Positions 19,768 to 31,017 of a stretch of DNA of 64,000 nt are shown here, in pieces. The stretch is from the sequence record NC_070987.1; one strand, 5' to 3'. Position numbers and translations under genes: made by a program. The notes beneath the pieces were generated by a model. The model was not told the DNA's origin and ran no database searches. It saw only the letters and a program-made list of their open reading frames with translations. The stretch's first letter is position 1. Every line of letters begins with the position of its first letter. The stretch comes from Escherichia phage MN05.

Positions 19768-19779
19768 AGGAGATTTGAT

Positions 19780-20748
19780 ATGGCTTTATTTGGAGGAGGG
19801 AATAGTAAAACTACTTCCCAAATGATTCGCCCTGAATATATTCAACAGTATATTGACCAGCTTAACCAACAGATTGGTAATACTAGTTCAGGGGATTATG
19901 TTTATCGTGACAATGTAGGATTCAATAACAACCAGACAGAAGCTCTTAACAACTTAGCACAATCTGGTGCTCTAGGGACTCTCTCGCAGCAATATATGGA
20001 TGCAGCAGGTCAAGGGTTGGGTTATCTAGATAATGCCTATAAAGGCTATCAGAGCCTCTCTGGACAAGGTGGGATTACTGGGGAACAGATTGGTGCTCTT
20101 GCTGGTCAACTATATGATGATGACGCTGTGCAAGCAGCCATTACAGCTAATAATGAACAAGTTCAACAGAACCTAGCACGTAACGCTCTTCCTCAGTTGT
20201 CTCAACAGTATGCTGGTCAGCAGGGTTCAGGTGCTCGTATGGCTAAATCTTTTGCTCAGGGTGATGCTCTGAATCAGATGCAAAGTCAAGCAACAGATAT
20301 TACCAATAGTGCTTATAACTCGGCTATCAACCAAGCTGAAAGCATTCTCTCTGGTAATAGACAGAATCAGGCAGCTGCTCTCTCGGGCCTTTCTACTATC
20401 GGTTCTAACCTTTCTAATTTAGGTCAACAAGGTGCTGATCTATCTCAACAGCAAATACTAAACCAGTGGAAGGCTGGGTTGCAGCAACAACAGCAACAAC
20501 AGAATGAATATGATAATGCCTACCAGAATGCTCAGAACGCAGCTAATTGGGGATGGCAGGATATAAACAACCAACTCGGTGCAGCAGGTGTACTTAACGG
20601 TGCTCTCGGACAAACTACAACTACTAAAACATCTGGTGGGGGTGGTGGCTTCTTAGGTGGAGCTATGAGTGGTGCAGCAGCTGGCTCTTCTTTTGGTCCT
20701 TGGGGTGCCTTGGCTGGAGGGGTGATTGGCGGGATGGCTAGTTCTTAA
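19780..20748 (+). CDS. Q/N/G-rich internal virion protein (paralog 2)
   Basis: 322 aa; N-terminus MALFGGGNSKTTSQ and TEALNNLAQS parallel the previous gene. Confidence 0.4.
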   Translation: MALFGGGNSKTTSQMIRPEYIQQYIDQLNQQIGNTSSGDYVYRDNVGFNNNQTEALNNLAQSGALGTLSQQYMDAAGQGLGYLDNAYKGYQSLSGQGGITGEQIGALAGQLYDDDAVQAAITANNEQVQQNLARNALPQLSQQYAGQQGSGARMAKSFAQGDALNQMQSQATDITNSAYNSAINQAESILSGNRQNQAAALSGLSTIGSNLSNLGQQGADLSQQQILNQWKAGLQQQQQQQNEYDNAYQNAQNAANWGWQDINNQLGAAGVLNGALGQTTTTKTSGGGGGFLGGAMSGAAAGSSFGPWGALAGGVIGGMASS

Positions 20749-20761
20749 TTAGGAGATAAAT

Positions 20762-22435
20762 ATGCAACAGACAACTTATGCTCAGGTCAGAAGTCGTGAC
20801 CCGAGAAATACTTTCTATGGTGTTAATCCGGGAGCGGCTTCGGCCTCTCCTTACATGGCTAGACCCATTCAGACAGCAGATGTTTCTATGTACCAACGTC
20901 CTGCTGTACCTGCTGGACTTTCCCGTCTTGTAGGTCAAACTTCAGTGGATTATCAGAATATGCTGAACCCTGTTCAGAGTAATGGACTTCCTTCTGATAT
21001 TCCTAATGACGTACAACCTCAAGCACAACAAGCTGTAACTCTTCCTGAGCCTAATAATCAAGAAACTGTGCAAGATGCCGGACCTTCTCCTTCTTCTGTT
21101 CCTCAAGAATCGGAGCCTCTTCCGGTGACGCCTCCGACTAAGCCTCTCGAAGATGGTCCTACAGAGTTTACTCCTTCTCAAGTAGAGCAGGCACAAGGTG
21201 TTGTTACCACTCTTGCTCAAAGTCAGGACACTGGTGAAGGCATGGCTGGGGCTACTCGTGCAAAAGATCAAGAACGTGTTAACTCTGATATCATGCAGAT
21301 TGCAAAAGCTAAAGACCCTTCAGAGGCTTGGAATAAGTTACAGAAAGAGCCGTTCTACCAGAACTCTAGTTTCTACACAGGCTTAATGGGTGTAGGTCTT
21401 TCAATCATGTCAGGTAAGTCTCCGATTGAAGCTTTCCAAATTGGTCAAGGTATGGCTAACCAAGATGAGACTAAGAAACAACTAGAAGCTAACCGTGATG
21501 CATTGGTTGAACAAGGTTTCTCTCAAGACTCTATTGCTGCTGCTATCGCAAGCGGAGACCCTTCTCTTCTGAAGATGAGAGCTAAAGACCCTCTTCAACA
21601 GGAAGCTTTATACGCTGAGCGTGAGAGACGCCAGAATGCTGAGTGGGATAGACGTCAAGCTATCAATGAAGAATCTGCTGAGAGAAATCGTAAGGCTACT
21701 TGGGAAAACCAATTAGCTCTGGCAGAAGCCCGTGGTGAGATTGTTCGTGACAACCTTTTGTTCAAGAATGAACACAGTGTTCGTAAAACATCTCCCAAGT
21801 GGGAAAAATCAGAAGAACTTGGTGGTATTACCCCTAACTTCCGAGATAAGTTACAGCAATCTTATCGTCCTGTTATTAATGTCCTAGCTTCTCGAAACAA
21901 GTGGATGGCTCCTACAGAAGCTGCTATTTCTAAACTAGGAACTGGTTCAAACTCTCAAGAGAGTGCAGCTCAGCAACGTGCTGCTATTGAGAACTTGACT
22001 AAACTTATTCAAGGTGGTTTAGCTTCCATTAATGGAGAGGTAATGAATGAGCTTACAGGTGATCCAGATTGGGTTAACAACAAGTTGAATAAGATTCAGA
22101 TGATGGCAGGTCAAGGTCCGACCGAAGCAAATATCAAATGGCTTAAAGCACTAGGTACAGAGATTCAAGAAATCGATAAAGAGGCAACTAAATATCAAGT
22201 AGCCCCTCTAGTGGAATCTTTGATTCTTGACAGTGGTTTAGCTCCTGATAATGCTATCAAAGCTGCTAACTCTATTTTTGCTCCTGGCTCTGTTCGACTT
22301 ACTACTGAAGAGTTTAAAGAATGGTCTCGTGGACATAGTAAAGTTCATGATAAAACATTCCCTGATGATAAGCCCTCTAAATTGAAGGGTGGTGCTTTAT
22401 CTGATTCTTCAGATACTAGCTGGTTCACTAAGTAA
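20762..22435 (+). CDS. internal virion protein, hypothetical
   Basis: 557 aa ORF; Pro/Gln-rich N-terminal region; within internal-protein cluster. Confidence 0.35.
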   Translation: MQQTTYAQVRSRDPRNTFYGVNPGAASASPYMARPIQTADVSMYQRPAVPAGLSRLVGQTSVDYQNMLNPVQSNGLPSDIPNDVQPQAQQAVTLPEPNNQETVQDAGPSPSSVPQESEPLPVTPPTKPLEDGPTEFTPSQVEQAQGVVTTLAQSQDTGEGMAGATRAKDQERVNSDIMQIAKAKDPSEAWNKLQKEPFYQNSSFYTGLMGVGLSIMSGKSPIEAFQIGQGMANQDETKKQLEANRDALVEQGFSQDSIAAAIASGDPSLLKMRAKDPLQQEALYAERERRQNAEWDRRQAINEESAERNRKATWENQLALAEARGEIVRDNLLFKNEHSVRKTSPKWEKSEELGGITPNFRDKLQQSYRPVINVLASRNKWMAPTEAAISKLGTGSNSQESAAQQRAAIENLTKLIQGGLASINGEVMNELTGDPDWVNNKLNKIQMMAGQGPTEANIKWLKALGTEIQEIDKEATKYQVAPLVESLILDSGLAPDNAIKAANSIFAPGSVRLTTEEFKEWSRGHSKVHDKTFPDDKPSKLKGGALSDSSDTSWFTK

Positions 22436-22464
22436 GACCTAAGTCCTGCCTTCTATAATGTATA
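22433..22464 (+). promoter_or_regulatory. putative late promoter (TAAGACCTA-N14-TAATGTATA)
   Basis: same two-element architecture and spacing as the 5335-5366 site; about 39 nt upstream of the ATG at 22503. Confidence 0.5.
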
Positions 22465-22502
22465 TAGGGGGTAGGACATTTTTATTTATAAAAGGAGACG
22501 TT

Positions 22503-25500
22503 ATGGCTAACATTAAACCGTGGGAAGAAGCTTCCAAAGCTCCTGCGTATCTGAATGCCTCTCCAGAGCGTCAAGCTCAAATGAGAGAACAATATAAGGC
22601 AGCAGGTGGCTCTATTCCTGAGGAACAACCAGTAGCACAACCACAACAAGAAGAACGTGGTGCTGTAGGTGAGTTTGCTCAAGGTGTGTCAAATGCTCTT
22701 CAGTCCGGCAGTGCTAATATCTCTGCTAACCTCTCTAGAGGTATTGGCGGTTTAGTTGAGATTGGTGAAGACCTAGTTGGAGCACAAACCGGCTATGGTA
22801 AACGTATGCAAGAGAACGCCCAGAACCTTCTTAAAGAACGTATGGATAAGATCGAGGACGGGATTGGTAAATCTGCTGGTCAGTATGCTGGGGTGGTTGC
22901 CGATATTGGTTTGACAGTTGCTAACCCGCTAGCTGCCGCTGCTATCATCGCAGGTCGTGAGACAGGTCGTGCATATGCAGACCAAACCCCTAAAGAGGGA
23001 GAAGACAAATCCGTTCTGGATGCAGCCTTAGTTGGTGGAGCTAACTATGCAGCTCAGAGAATTCTTCCGGGTGCTGTTGGTACAGCTAAGTCCACACTTG
23101 GTCGTATCGGTCAGAACGTTGCTAGTAACGCAGTGGCTGGTGCTAAGGGTGGTGCTATTGTTGGTGCTGCTGAAGCTCAAAACAAATATGGGGATGATAA
23201 CAATCTAGCTAGGACATTAGAAGGTGTTATCGAAGAAGGGGGCATGGGTGCTGCATTCGGTGGTGCAGTTGGTGGTGTTCATGGCTTAATTAGCCGTCCA
23301 GATTCTGCTGTATTCAAGAATACTCCAGAGTATGCAAAGACTGACATTGCTGCTGACGATGAATTAATTCGTAGTGCTAAGAATATTGATGAACTGAAAG
23401 AAGCCTACTCTAAAGCTGAAAATGCTAACGCTGCTTCTGCTCTTAATCTTCTGGATGAGAATGGATTCCGTATCACGGATGCTGTTGCTTTAGATTCTCC
23501 TGCTGCCCAGCGTATTCTTAATACAGACCAAGCTAGTGCCGAGAAAGCTGCTTCTGCTCAGAAAGAGCATTCTAATATTCCGGGTCTTAATCCTTTGGCT
23601 GCTCCTGCTAAAACTCGTGGTAAAGCATTCGCTGATAACGAGCACAACCAGAAGAAAGCTGTCGCTATGAAAGATGCAATGGCTGACTACACCAAGGATA
23701 ACACGAAAGCTCTTACAGATGTTCTAGATAACCTAGATCGTGAATTAACCTCTCTCCGAGCTGCTGATGATTTTACTGGAAGTCCACTTGATGCCAAAAA
23801 TCGTTCACAAGCTGACCGGGACTTCGTTGATGCTTACAAGACTTTCTATAATGAAGCAAACCGATTTAAAGCTCGTGATGGTGAAGATTTTAATAACTTT
23901 GTAGAGAAAGCTACTGAGCTACAGAAGATGGCTGATAATGTTTCTCCAGAGATGAAAAAAGCTATCGGTGGATTGAAGAAACTGAAAGGTATGCCTGAAG
24001 GTTTTAATCCTATCCAAGATGCTTACACTCTGAACAATACAGCTAAGTTCATGAGCAACCAAGATCGTGGTTGGACTTCTCTGACTGATGATGGCTTCCG
24101 TGAAGCTTCTTCTCCTAGTCTGGTTATGAATACACTTGGTGCTGCTAAGTATGCTTTGAATCGCTTCTCTTCTCAGCGTGCCCGCTCTCAACGTGTTAAG
24201 CAACAAGAATCTAACAGTGAAGCTATTCGCTCTCTGGCTCGTGGTGATTTGGAAGTTGCTCGTGCTAAGTCTACTGCTGACGAAGCTCGTGCTAAAATGG
24301 AAGAAGAACCAGTTGTTGATGACATTAAATTTAAGACGCAAAATGACGTGGAAAACGAACCGGTTCGGGATCCTTCTTCTAGTACTGTGACGGAAGAAAA
24401 TCTTCCTTCTTCTGCTCCTCAAGAAGCTCCTCTTACAGCTCGTGATTTGGTTGCGCAAAGACGTGCTATCCGTCAGGCTGAACAGCGTCGTGCTGAAGAA
24501 GAATCAGCTGCTGCTCAAGAAGCTCCGGTTGAACAGGCTCCGAAGGCTGAACCACTCCCTGCTCGTAATCCTTTAGAGGAACGTCGTGCCATGGAACAGC
24601 AACGTGCTCAAGAAGAGGCCGCACAGGCTCCAGAACCAACCGTAGAGGAACCAACAGTCAAATCTGAGCCGTTACCTACCCGTGCTCCTAAAGCTCCTGA
24701 GGAAGCTGTACAGGACGTTAAACCGGCAAGTGGTGTAGAACGTTTAGCTGCTATGTCTAGTACTGCTCGTCAGGCTACTATAGATCGTGCAGAACGTTTT
24801 GCTCGTTCTTTGTACTCTAAGACTGCTAAGGCTAAGGCCACTGCTGAAAACTTCTTGGCTTACAAGGGAAGTTATAGGGAGTTGATGCGTCGGATTCGTC
24901 AGGAAGATAATGCTATCAACACTGAACGTCATGAAGAGATGGCTCGTAATCAGAGAGCTACTCAGAAAGGTATTGCTACTGCTAAGAACAACGCTGTACG
25001 ATCTGAGTTTGCTGAATGGGTTAAAGAACGTGGTCTGCCAGAAGATATTGCTACTAAGGCATTACGTGCTGAAGAGAGCGGTTTAGGTGGGAACGTAACT
25101 AACTTGGAAAGCCTGAAACGCAGATCTGAAAGATTGTACCAGAAGCAACGTGAGGCTGAGTTTGATAGGTTGTATCAAGAAGCTCTGGAAGAGAACAAAG
25201 CTTTCGATAAGAAGGATGCTCCTAAACTGGTTGACCAGAAGAAAGAGCTTCAGTCTGAGATTGATACTTTGATTGATTCTGAACCTTTACGTCCTGCTCA
25301 GAAAGATGCTATGCGTAGGCTGATGAATGACTTTGTAGATGGGAAGTTTAAATCTTCAGAGAAAGCTGGTAGGGAAGAGGCTTTGGAAGTTGGTCAGATG
25401 AAGGATATTTGGGATGGGTTTATTAACACCTATAACAGAGAAGTGAATGCCTTCAACAAAGCTAACAAGAACTCTCAATACGAAGCTGCTGCTAAACACT

Positions 25501-26924
25501 TGCAGGCTCGTGAAGAACGTCTTGCTACTCTGAGAAATAAAGCTCAGGCTCGTTCAGATGCTAAAGCTGCTGTTGAAAATGAACGTAAAACTCTAGAGGC
25601 TATTGCAGCTCAGAAGAGTGAGATTGAGAAGATGATGGAAGGTTTACCTAAACCTGTTCGTGAGGCTCAGGAATCTCGTACATTGAAACAGTTGGCTGCT
25701 CACCACGATAAGAACTCTCCAGTTCCTCCAGAGAAGTTCCGTAGTTACATTGAACGTATCCATAACGCCGAGTCAGATTACCTTGATCGTCAGCGTCGTT
25801 TAACTGATGCAGAGGAAGATGCTCGTCAGGCCAAGTGGAACAGGATGTATGAGCAAGCGGAAGAGATGGACCGTAAGTTTGATATAGACAAAAGAGTTAA
25901 GCGCAGTGAAGAGCTTAAAGCGGCTCAGAAGCGTGAGAATGACCTTATGGCAGTACAACGTCAACGTGACGACATTCATCGTCGCCTGATGCATACTATG
26001 GAAGATAAAGGCATATCTAAAGAGGATGCTGAAGCATTTGCTGGTTCCTACATGGATAACCGTTATGCACTTCTTGATAAACCTATGACTCCTACTGAAC
26101 ATCAGAATGCTCGTTCTCGTATCGAAGCTGATGTTGAGAAGTTTGCTAAGAAGTACGAATCAATGACTCCTATTGAGAAAGAGATTGTTAAGATTACTGG
26201 AGATACTGAAGGTAAACTTGATAATTTGGATGCGGATACTAGGAAGGCTGTTGAGGAGGCTCAGAAGGTTGACTCTGATATCAAGAAACTGCAAGAGGAA
26301 GAGTTGGAGATGGAGAAGATTCGTTCTGCTCTGCCTGATGATGAAAAATCTCAAGCAAATTCTGATATCTTGGAAAGCATTAAACAACAAGAAGAGGTCT
26401 TTGCTGATAAAGTAGAGAAAGCTTTCTTGAGTGGGAAGAGCTTGGATGAGTTGGCTAGTGTGGCTGAAGTTTTAGACAGGGTTCATGGTGCAGATAAGGC
26501 TGGTAACAACCGTCGCTTTGTACGTGCATTGCAGACTGCTGCTGAAAACAAGAAGAAGTATGGTGATAATCCAGTAGCTTGGTTTAGTGCTGATGATTAC
26601 TCTGCCATTGCTAAACTTGGTGCTTCTTCCGCAGGTGGTAACAAATCCAGAGCACTGGAGAAGATCTTTGGTTCTACAGCTGAACAGGCTAAGAGTAAGT
26701 TGCTTGGTAGGGATGATGTAGCGAAGATGAGACGTGTAATTGAAGAGAACCCTGATGTTAAGATTCCTTCTTACAAGACAACGAATCGTACTGAGTACTT
26801 GAAGTTCTTGGAGAAGTTTAATGACGAAGGGAAGCCGAAGATTAAACGTGGCTCATTGTCAGAGAAGCTTGAACGCAGTAAGCGTCAATCAAGACTCCGT
26901 GTAAGAGTTCGACCTAAGGAGTGA
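22503..26924 (+). CDS. very large internal virion/ejection protein, putative
   Basis: about 1473 aa from the ATG near 22503 (RBS AAAAGGAGA); long helical/coiled-coil charged regions; listed ORF starts upstream at 22458. Confidence 0.45.
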   Translation: MANIKPWEEASKAPAYLNASPERQAQMREQYKAAGGSIPEEQPVAQPQQEERGAVGEFAQGVSNALQSGSANISANLSRGIGGLVEIGEDLVGAQTGYGKRMQENAQNLLKERMDKIEDGIGKSAGQYAGVVADIGLTVANPLAAAAIIAGRETGRAYADQTPKEGEDKSVLDAALVGGANYAAQRILPGAVGTAKSTLGRIGQNVASNAVAGAKGGAIVGAAEAQNKYGDDNNLARTLEGVIEEGGMGAAFGGAVGGVHGLISRPDSAVFKNTPEYAKTDIAADDELIRSAKNIDELKEAYSKAENANAASALNLLDENGFRITDAVALDSPAAQRILNTDQASAEKAASAQKEHSNIPGLNPLAAPAKTRGKAFADNEHNQKKAVAMKDAMADYTKDNTKALTDVLDNLDRELTSLRAADDFTGSPLDAKNRSQADRDFVDAYKTFYNEANRFKARDGEDFNNFVEKATELQKMADNVSPEMKKAIGGLKKLKGMPEGFNPIQDAYTLNNTAKFMSNQDRGWTSLTDDGFREASSPSLVMNTLGAAKYALNRFSSQRARSQRVKQQESNSEAIRSLARGDLEVARAKSTADEARAKMEEEPVVDDIKFKTQNDVENEPVRDPSSSTVTEENLPSSAPQEAPLTARDLVAQRRAIRQAEQRRAEEESAAAQEAPVEQAPKAEPLPARNPLEERRAMEQQRAQEEAAQAPEPTVEEPTVKSEPLPTRAPKAPEEAVQDVKPASGVERLAAMSSTARQATIDRAERFARSLYSKTAKAKATAENFLAYKGSYRELMRRIRQEDNAINTERHEEMARNQRATQKGIATAKNNAVRSEFAEWVKERGLPEDIATKALRAEESGLGGNVTNLESLKRRSERLYQKQREAEFDRLYQEALEENKAFDKKDAPKLVDQKKELQSEIDTLIDSEPLRPAQKDAMRRLMNDFVDGKFKSSEKAGREEALEVGQMKDIWDGFINTYNREVNAFNKANKNSQYEAAAKHLQAREERLATLRNKAQARSDAKAAVENERKTLEAIAAQKSEIEKMMEGLPKPVREAQESRTLKQLAAHHDKNSPVPPEKFRSYIERIHNAESDYLDRQRRLTDAEEDARQAKWNRMYEQAEEMDRKFDIDKRVKRSEELKAAQKRENDLMAVQRQRDDIHRRLMHTMEDKGISKEDAEAFAGSYMDNRYALLDKPMTPTEHQNARSRIEADVEKFAKKYESMTPIEKEIVKITGDTEGKLDNLDADTRKAVEEAQKVDSDIKKLQEEELEMEKIRSALPDDEKSQANSDILESIKQQEEVFADKVEKAFLSGKSLDELASVAEVLDRVHGADKAGNNRRFVRALQTAAENKKKYGDNPVAWFSADDYSAIAKLGASSAGGNKSRALEKIFGSTAEQAKSKLLGRDDVAKMRRVIEENPDVKIPSYKTTNRTEYLKFLEKFNDEGKPKIKRGSLSEKLERSKRQSRLRVRVRPKE

Positions 26925-26934
26925 TAAAAGAAAA

Positions 26935-26961
26935 GCCCCAACCGAAAGGAAGGGGCTTTAT
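26935..26961. terminator. bidirectional terminator at convergence of plus and minus transcription blocks
   Basis: GCCCC/GGGGC stem with inner CC/GG pairs and GAAA tetraloop; T-tracts on both strands (tttatttgttt on plus, ttttcttttat on minus). Confidence 0.6.
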
Positions 26962-27283
26962 TTGTTTCTAAGTTTTAAAAACCATCAAATTCGTCATACA
27001 TCCCAATTCTCTTCAGAAGTCTGGATGTTCATCTTCAAAGCATCCTGAGATGCCTCCGTAGAACCAATCTGATTTATTGCCAAGAATGACAACTTCTTCA
27101 TTCATATACCCTCCTAGATTGTGTTTATAAAATTAGTAAGTTTCTCTTCACTTTCATCAAAAGCTTTTCCAGCTGCTTCCATCTCCCAAGTATCGGCATT
27201 GTCAATAAAGCTCTGAGCTTCTAATAGGTCGTGGATTAAGTCAAAGAGTTTATTTTTATCTGCTTGTGTGATCATTTCAGTTC

Positions 27284-27652
27284 CTAGATTAAATCGTAAT
27301 ACTGAATAATGTCCGAGAGCTTGAACTCTCGAACCTCATCTTTCTCTACATCAATTGCTGTCATAATCCAACAAGGTTTGCCACCGTTATGAAAACGGGA
27401 GCTAGCAACGGAGGTTCGGAGTGGAATAACGGACCGGTCAGCAACCTCGCCTCTCCAATTGCGATAGCGAAAGCGAAGTACTTGTTGCGTAGATTTTTGA
27501 TCATCACTCATTTCCTTTTTTGAATTGTTTTCTTGCATCATTCTCTTCTTTTGTTTTAATCTTATGACAAGGGTCTTTACACAGAACCTGAAAACCTTCT
27601 TTCTCACACAGAGCACGAGAGATGATCTCATCCCAAGTTGCTTCGTGGTCAA
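27284..27652 (-). CDS. hypothetical protein (true start probably an internal Met)
   Basis: ORF overlaps the 3' end of the HNH gene; an internal ATG preceded by AAGGAA gives a product of about 75 aa. Confidence 0.3.
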   Translation of the reverse strand: MTTKQLGMRSSLVLCVRKKVFRFCVKTLVIRLKQKKRMMQENNSKKEMSDDQKSTQQVLRFRYRNWRGEVADRSVIPLRTSVASSRFHNGGKPCWIMTAIDVEKDEVREFKLSDIIQYYDLI

Positions 27653-27905
27653 TAGGAACTATAGGCTCTATGTGGTCAATAGCCATATCCTTTACAGGGT
27701 GGTCAGAACCACACATGGCACACTTAAAGTGCATTGCCAGTCTTCCTGTCTTTGGATTAATCTTCTGCTCTGTCTTGGCGTCTGCTAGTGCATCGAACAT
27801 GGGCTTCCACTTTCTAGTCAGAGAACGAATCCCTGACTTGATGAAAGAGTTGTAACGAGCTTCAGTCCACATTCCACTACAACGAGTCTTCTCAGACTTC
27901 GCCAT
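27504..27905 (-). CDS. HNH endonuclease
   Basis: 133 aa; CAMCG...AIDHIEP...CKDPCH pattern consistent with an HNH/zinc-finger nuclease motif. Confidence 0.5.
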   Translation of the reverse strand: MAKSEKTRCSGMWTEARYNSFIKSGIRSLTRKWKPMFDALADAKTEQKINPKTGRLAMHFKCAMCGSDHPVKDMAIDHIEPIVPIDHEATWDEIISRALCEKEGFQVLCKDPCHKIKTKEENDARKQFKKGNE

Positions 27906-28084
27906 AATCAGCTTCTTCCCAAACTCGTTTGTTTACACGATGGCTCACTTTGCCCTCACGAGGAATACGACCAGTTCGCTGATCAAACAGTTGGTGTTTA
28001 ATCTTTTGGTCTTTACGAGATTCACGATTGGAGGAGTTTTCATCATATGAACGATAATCAAATTTACCCATTATAATATCCTTA

Positions 28085-28903
28085 TTACCAAGATTTATCT
28101 AACCATGTCCAGTCGAACAGGTCTTCCGGAGTCTGACCAACAAAGAGCAGCCGAGCATTCTCAAGCATCTTCTCTTCATCTTCAGTATCGAACTTCTTAT
28201 AATATTCCATTCGTACTATATGATACATGGTCCACTTATCTGTAACACCAGCCAACAGTTTAGCTGCTGCTTTCTTCCCTATTCCTTGACGTCGAAGCTG
28301 GAACTTACCACCCCACATAACTTCTTTACGTTCTCCGCATCCGGGGATATTATCTGTACCGTCTCCAACCAGCATCTGATAGAAGAAATTTTGCCATGAA
28401 ACTAAATCAGACACGTAGTGAGGGGGAACCTCTTTCTGTCTTTCTCCACAAGCCCAACGATAATGCCATCCGGGAGTTATCAACAAATCTTTGTCTCTAG
28501 TACAGATGATAGTGTTCTTATCTCTGCGTTGCCTTTCAGCTAGTGCATCATCAGCCTCTCTCCCAAATACGTCTATGTATTCATATTTATCTTTAATATA
28601 ATCACCAACGTTTTGCCAATGAAAAGGTCTTTCTCCGGGAGGTCTATTTGCTTTGTAGTCTTGCTGCTTAGCAACATCGAAACGGAAGTTACCACCTTCA
28701 CTGAAGTAGAATACAACCTTACTACAACCTGAGCGAGCTATGATTGTATCAATCTTGTACTGAAGTCGTTCAATCATGAAATTGTAATCAACTGGAACAC
28801 GTCCTGTGTCAAGAAAGGGATGCTCCTGAGTAAGAGCACCCACTTCATATCGAAGAACGTCAGCATCCACTATAGCTACCTCAGGGAGCTTAACGTCTTC
28901 CAT
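28085..28903 (-). CDS. 5'-3' exonuclease (FEN/T7 gene 6-like)
   Basis: 272 aa; ICTRDKDLL and GDGTDNIPG motifs typical of the 5'-3' exonuclease/flap endonuclease family. Confidence 0.6.
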   Translation of the reverse strand: MEDVKLPEVAIVDADVLRYEVGALTQEHPFLDTGRVPVDYNFMIERLQYKIDTIIARSGCSKVVFYFSEGGNFRFDVAKQQDYKANRPPGERPFHWQNVGDYIKDKYEYIDVFGREADDALAERQRRDKNTIICTRDKDLLITPGWHYRWACGERQKEVPPHYVSDLVSWQNFFYQMLVGDGTDNIPGCGERKEVMWGGKFQLRRQGIGKKAAAKLLAGVTDKWTMYHIVRMEYYKKFDTEDEEKMLENARLLFVGQTPEDLFDWTWLDKSW

Positions 28904-28904
28904 A

Positions 28905-29431
28905 TTATTCTCCTAACAGCTTACGAATTTCACTACGGAAATTATCATACTCTTCAGGGTATTCAAATCCACACTCAAGAAGAGCGTAGTGAACAACCTT
29001 CAACAAATCCTGAGCCTTATTCTTATCCTTGTGTCGATAAGCATATTTGATCATGTTGGTTTGTTGGAAGTTCAACTGAGGGTTTGCATGGTAAAACTCA
29101 ACAGGTTGAATGATTTTAGATTCAGGGTTATAATGTGCACCACCAACCATAGTGTCTAAAGCTGGACTCCTTTTGCTGGCTTGTTCAGTTGTAGCTTTAA
29201 AGCTGGCTACAGGAACAGAAGAATAAATTGGATACGCTTCACCTACTGGTGGTTTTACTATCAATCTTTTCATTGCAAATCGAATTTCTGTATCAGCAGA
29301 ACATGAAGAGATCTCTTCAACAGTTTTACGATAACTGTCAATAACTGCACGTAGCATAGAGACTGTCTTAGTCTTCTCTTTTAATTTCTCTGTTAGTACA
29401 ATAACTTCGGCTTTTTTGGATTCAAACTCGT

Positions 29432-29441
<10 letters not shown>
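28905..29441 (-). CDS. hypothetical protein
   Basis: 178 aa ORF with helical N-terminus, translationally coupled to neighbours. Confidence 0.3.
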
Positions 29442-30725
<1,284 letters not shown>

Positions 30726-30965
30726 AATGCATCTCTTTATAAATAGTTTCCGTGTTCTTCTTCCAGTTAGATAAACCGGTAAGAACCCTCTGAGCAACTT
30801 CATCAGCTGCCCTACTTCTTTCAATCTCTAGCTCTTGCTGGTGCTTCTCTTTGTCCAGATTACTGCTGTCTGTTTGATATTCGTTAAACTTCATACCACC
30901 AAAGAATACAAGAGCTGAGAAAACGATAAACCCTAAGTTATCACTTAATGTGTTTTGCATATTGT

Positions 30966-30995
30966 CTCCAACGAAAAAAGCCACCCGGAGGTGGC
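30966..30995 (-). terminator. rho-independent terminator (minus strand)
   Basis: GCCACC-tccg-GGTGGC hairpin followed on the minus strand by TTTTTTCGTT. Confidence 0.55.
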
Positions 30996-31017
30996 TAAGC
31001 TATAACAAGGAGAGTTA

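Noticed and set aside
22454-22470. Possible T7-type single-subunit RNA polymerase promoter (TATAGGGGG resembles the 3' part of T7 promoters)
   Set aside because: Other copies of the motif diverge immediately after TAATGTATA, no phage RNA polymerase gene is in the window, and a phage sigma factor is present; sigma-dependent promoters fit better.
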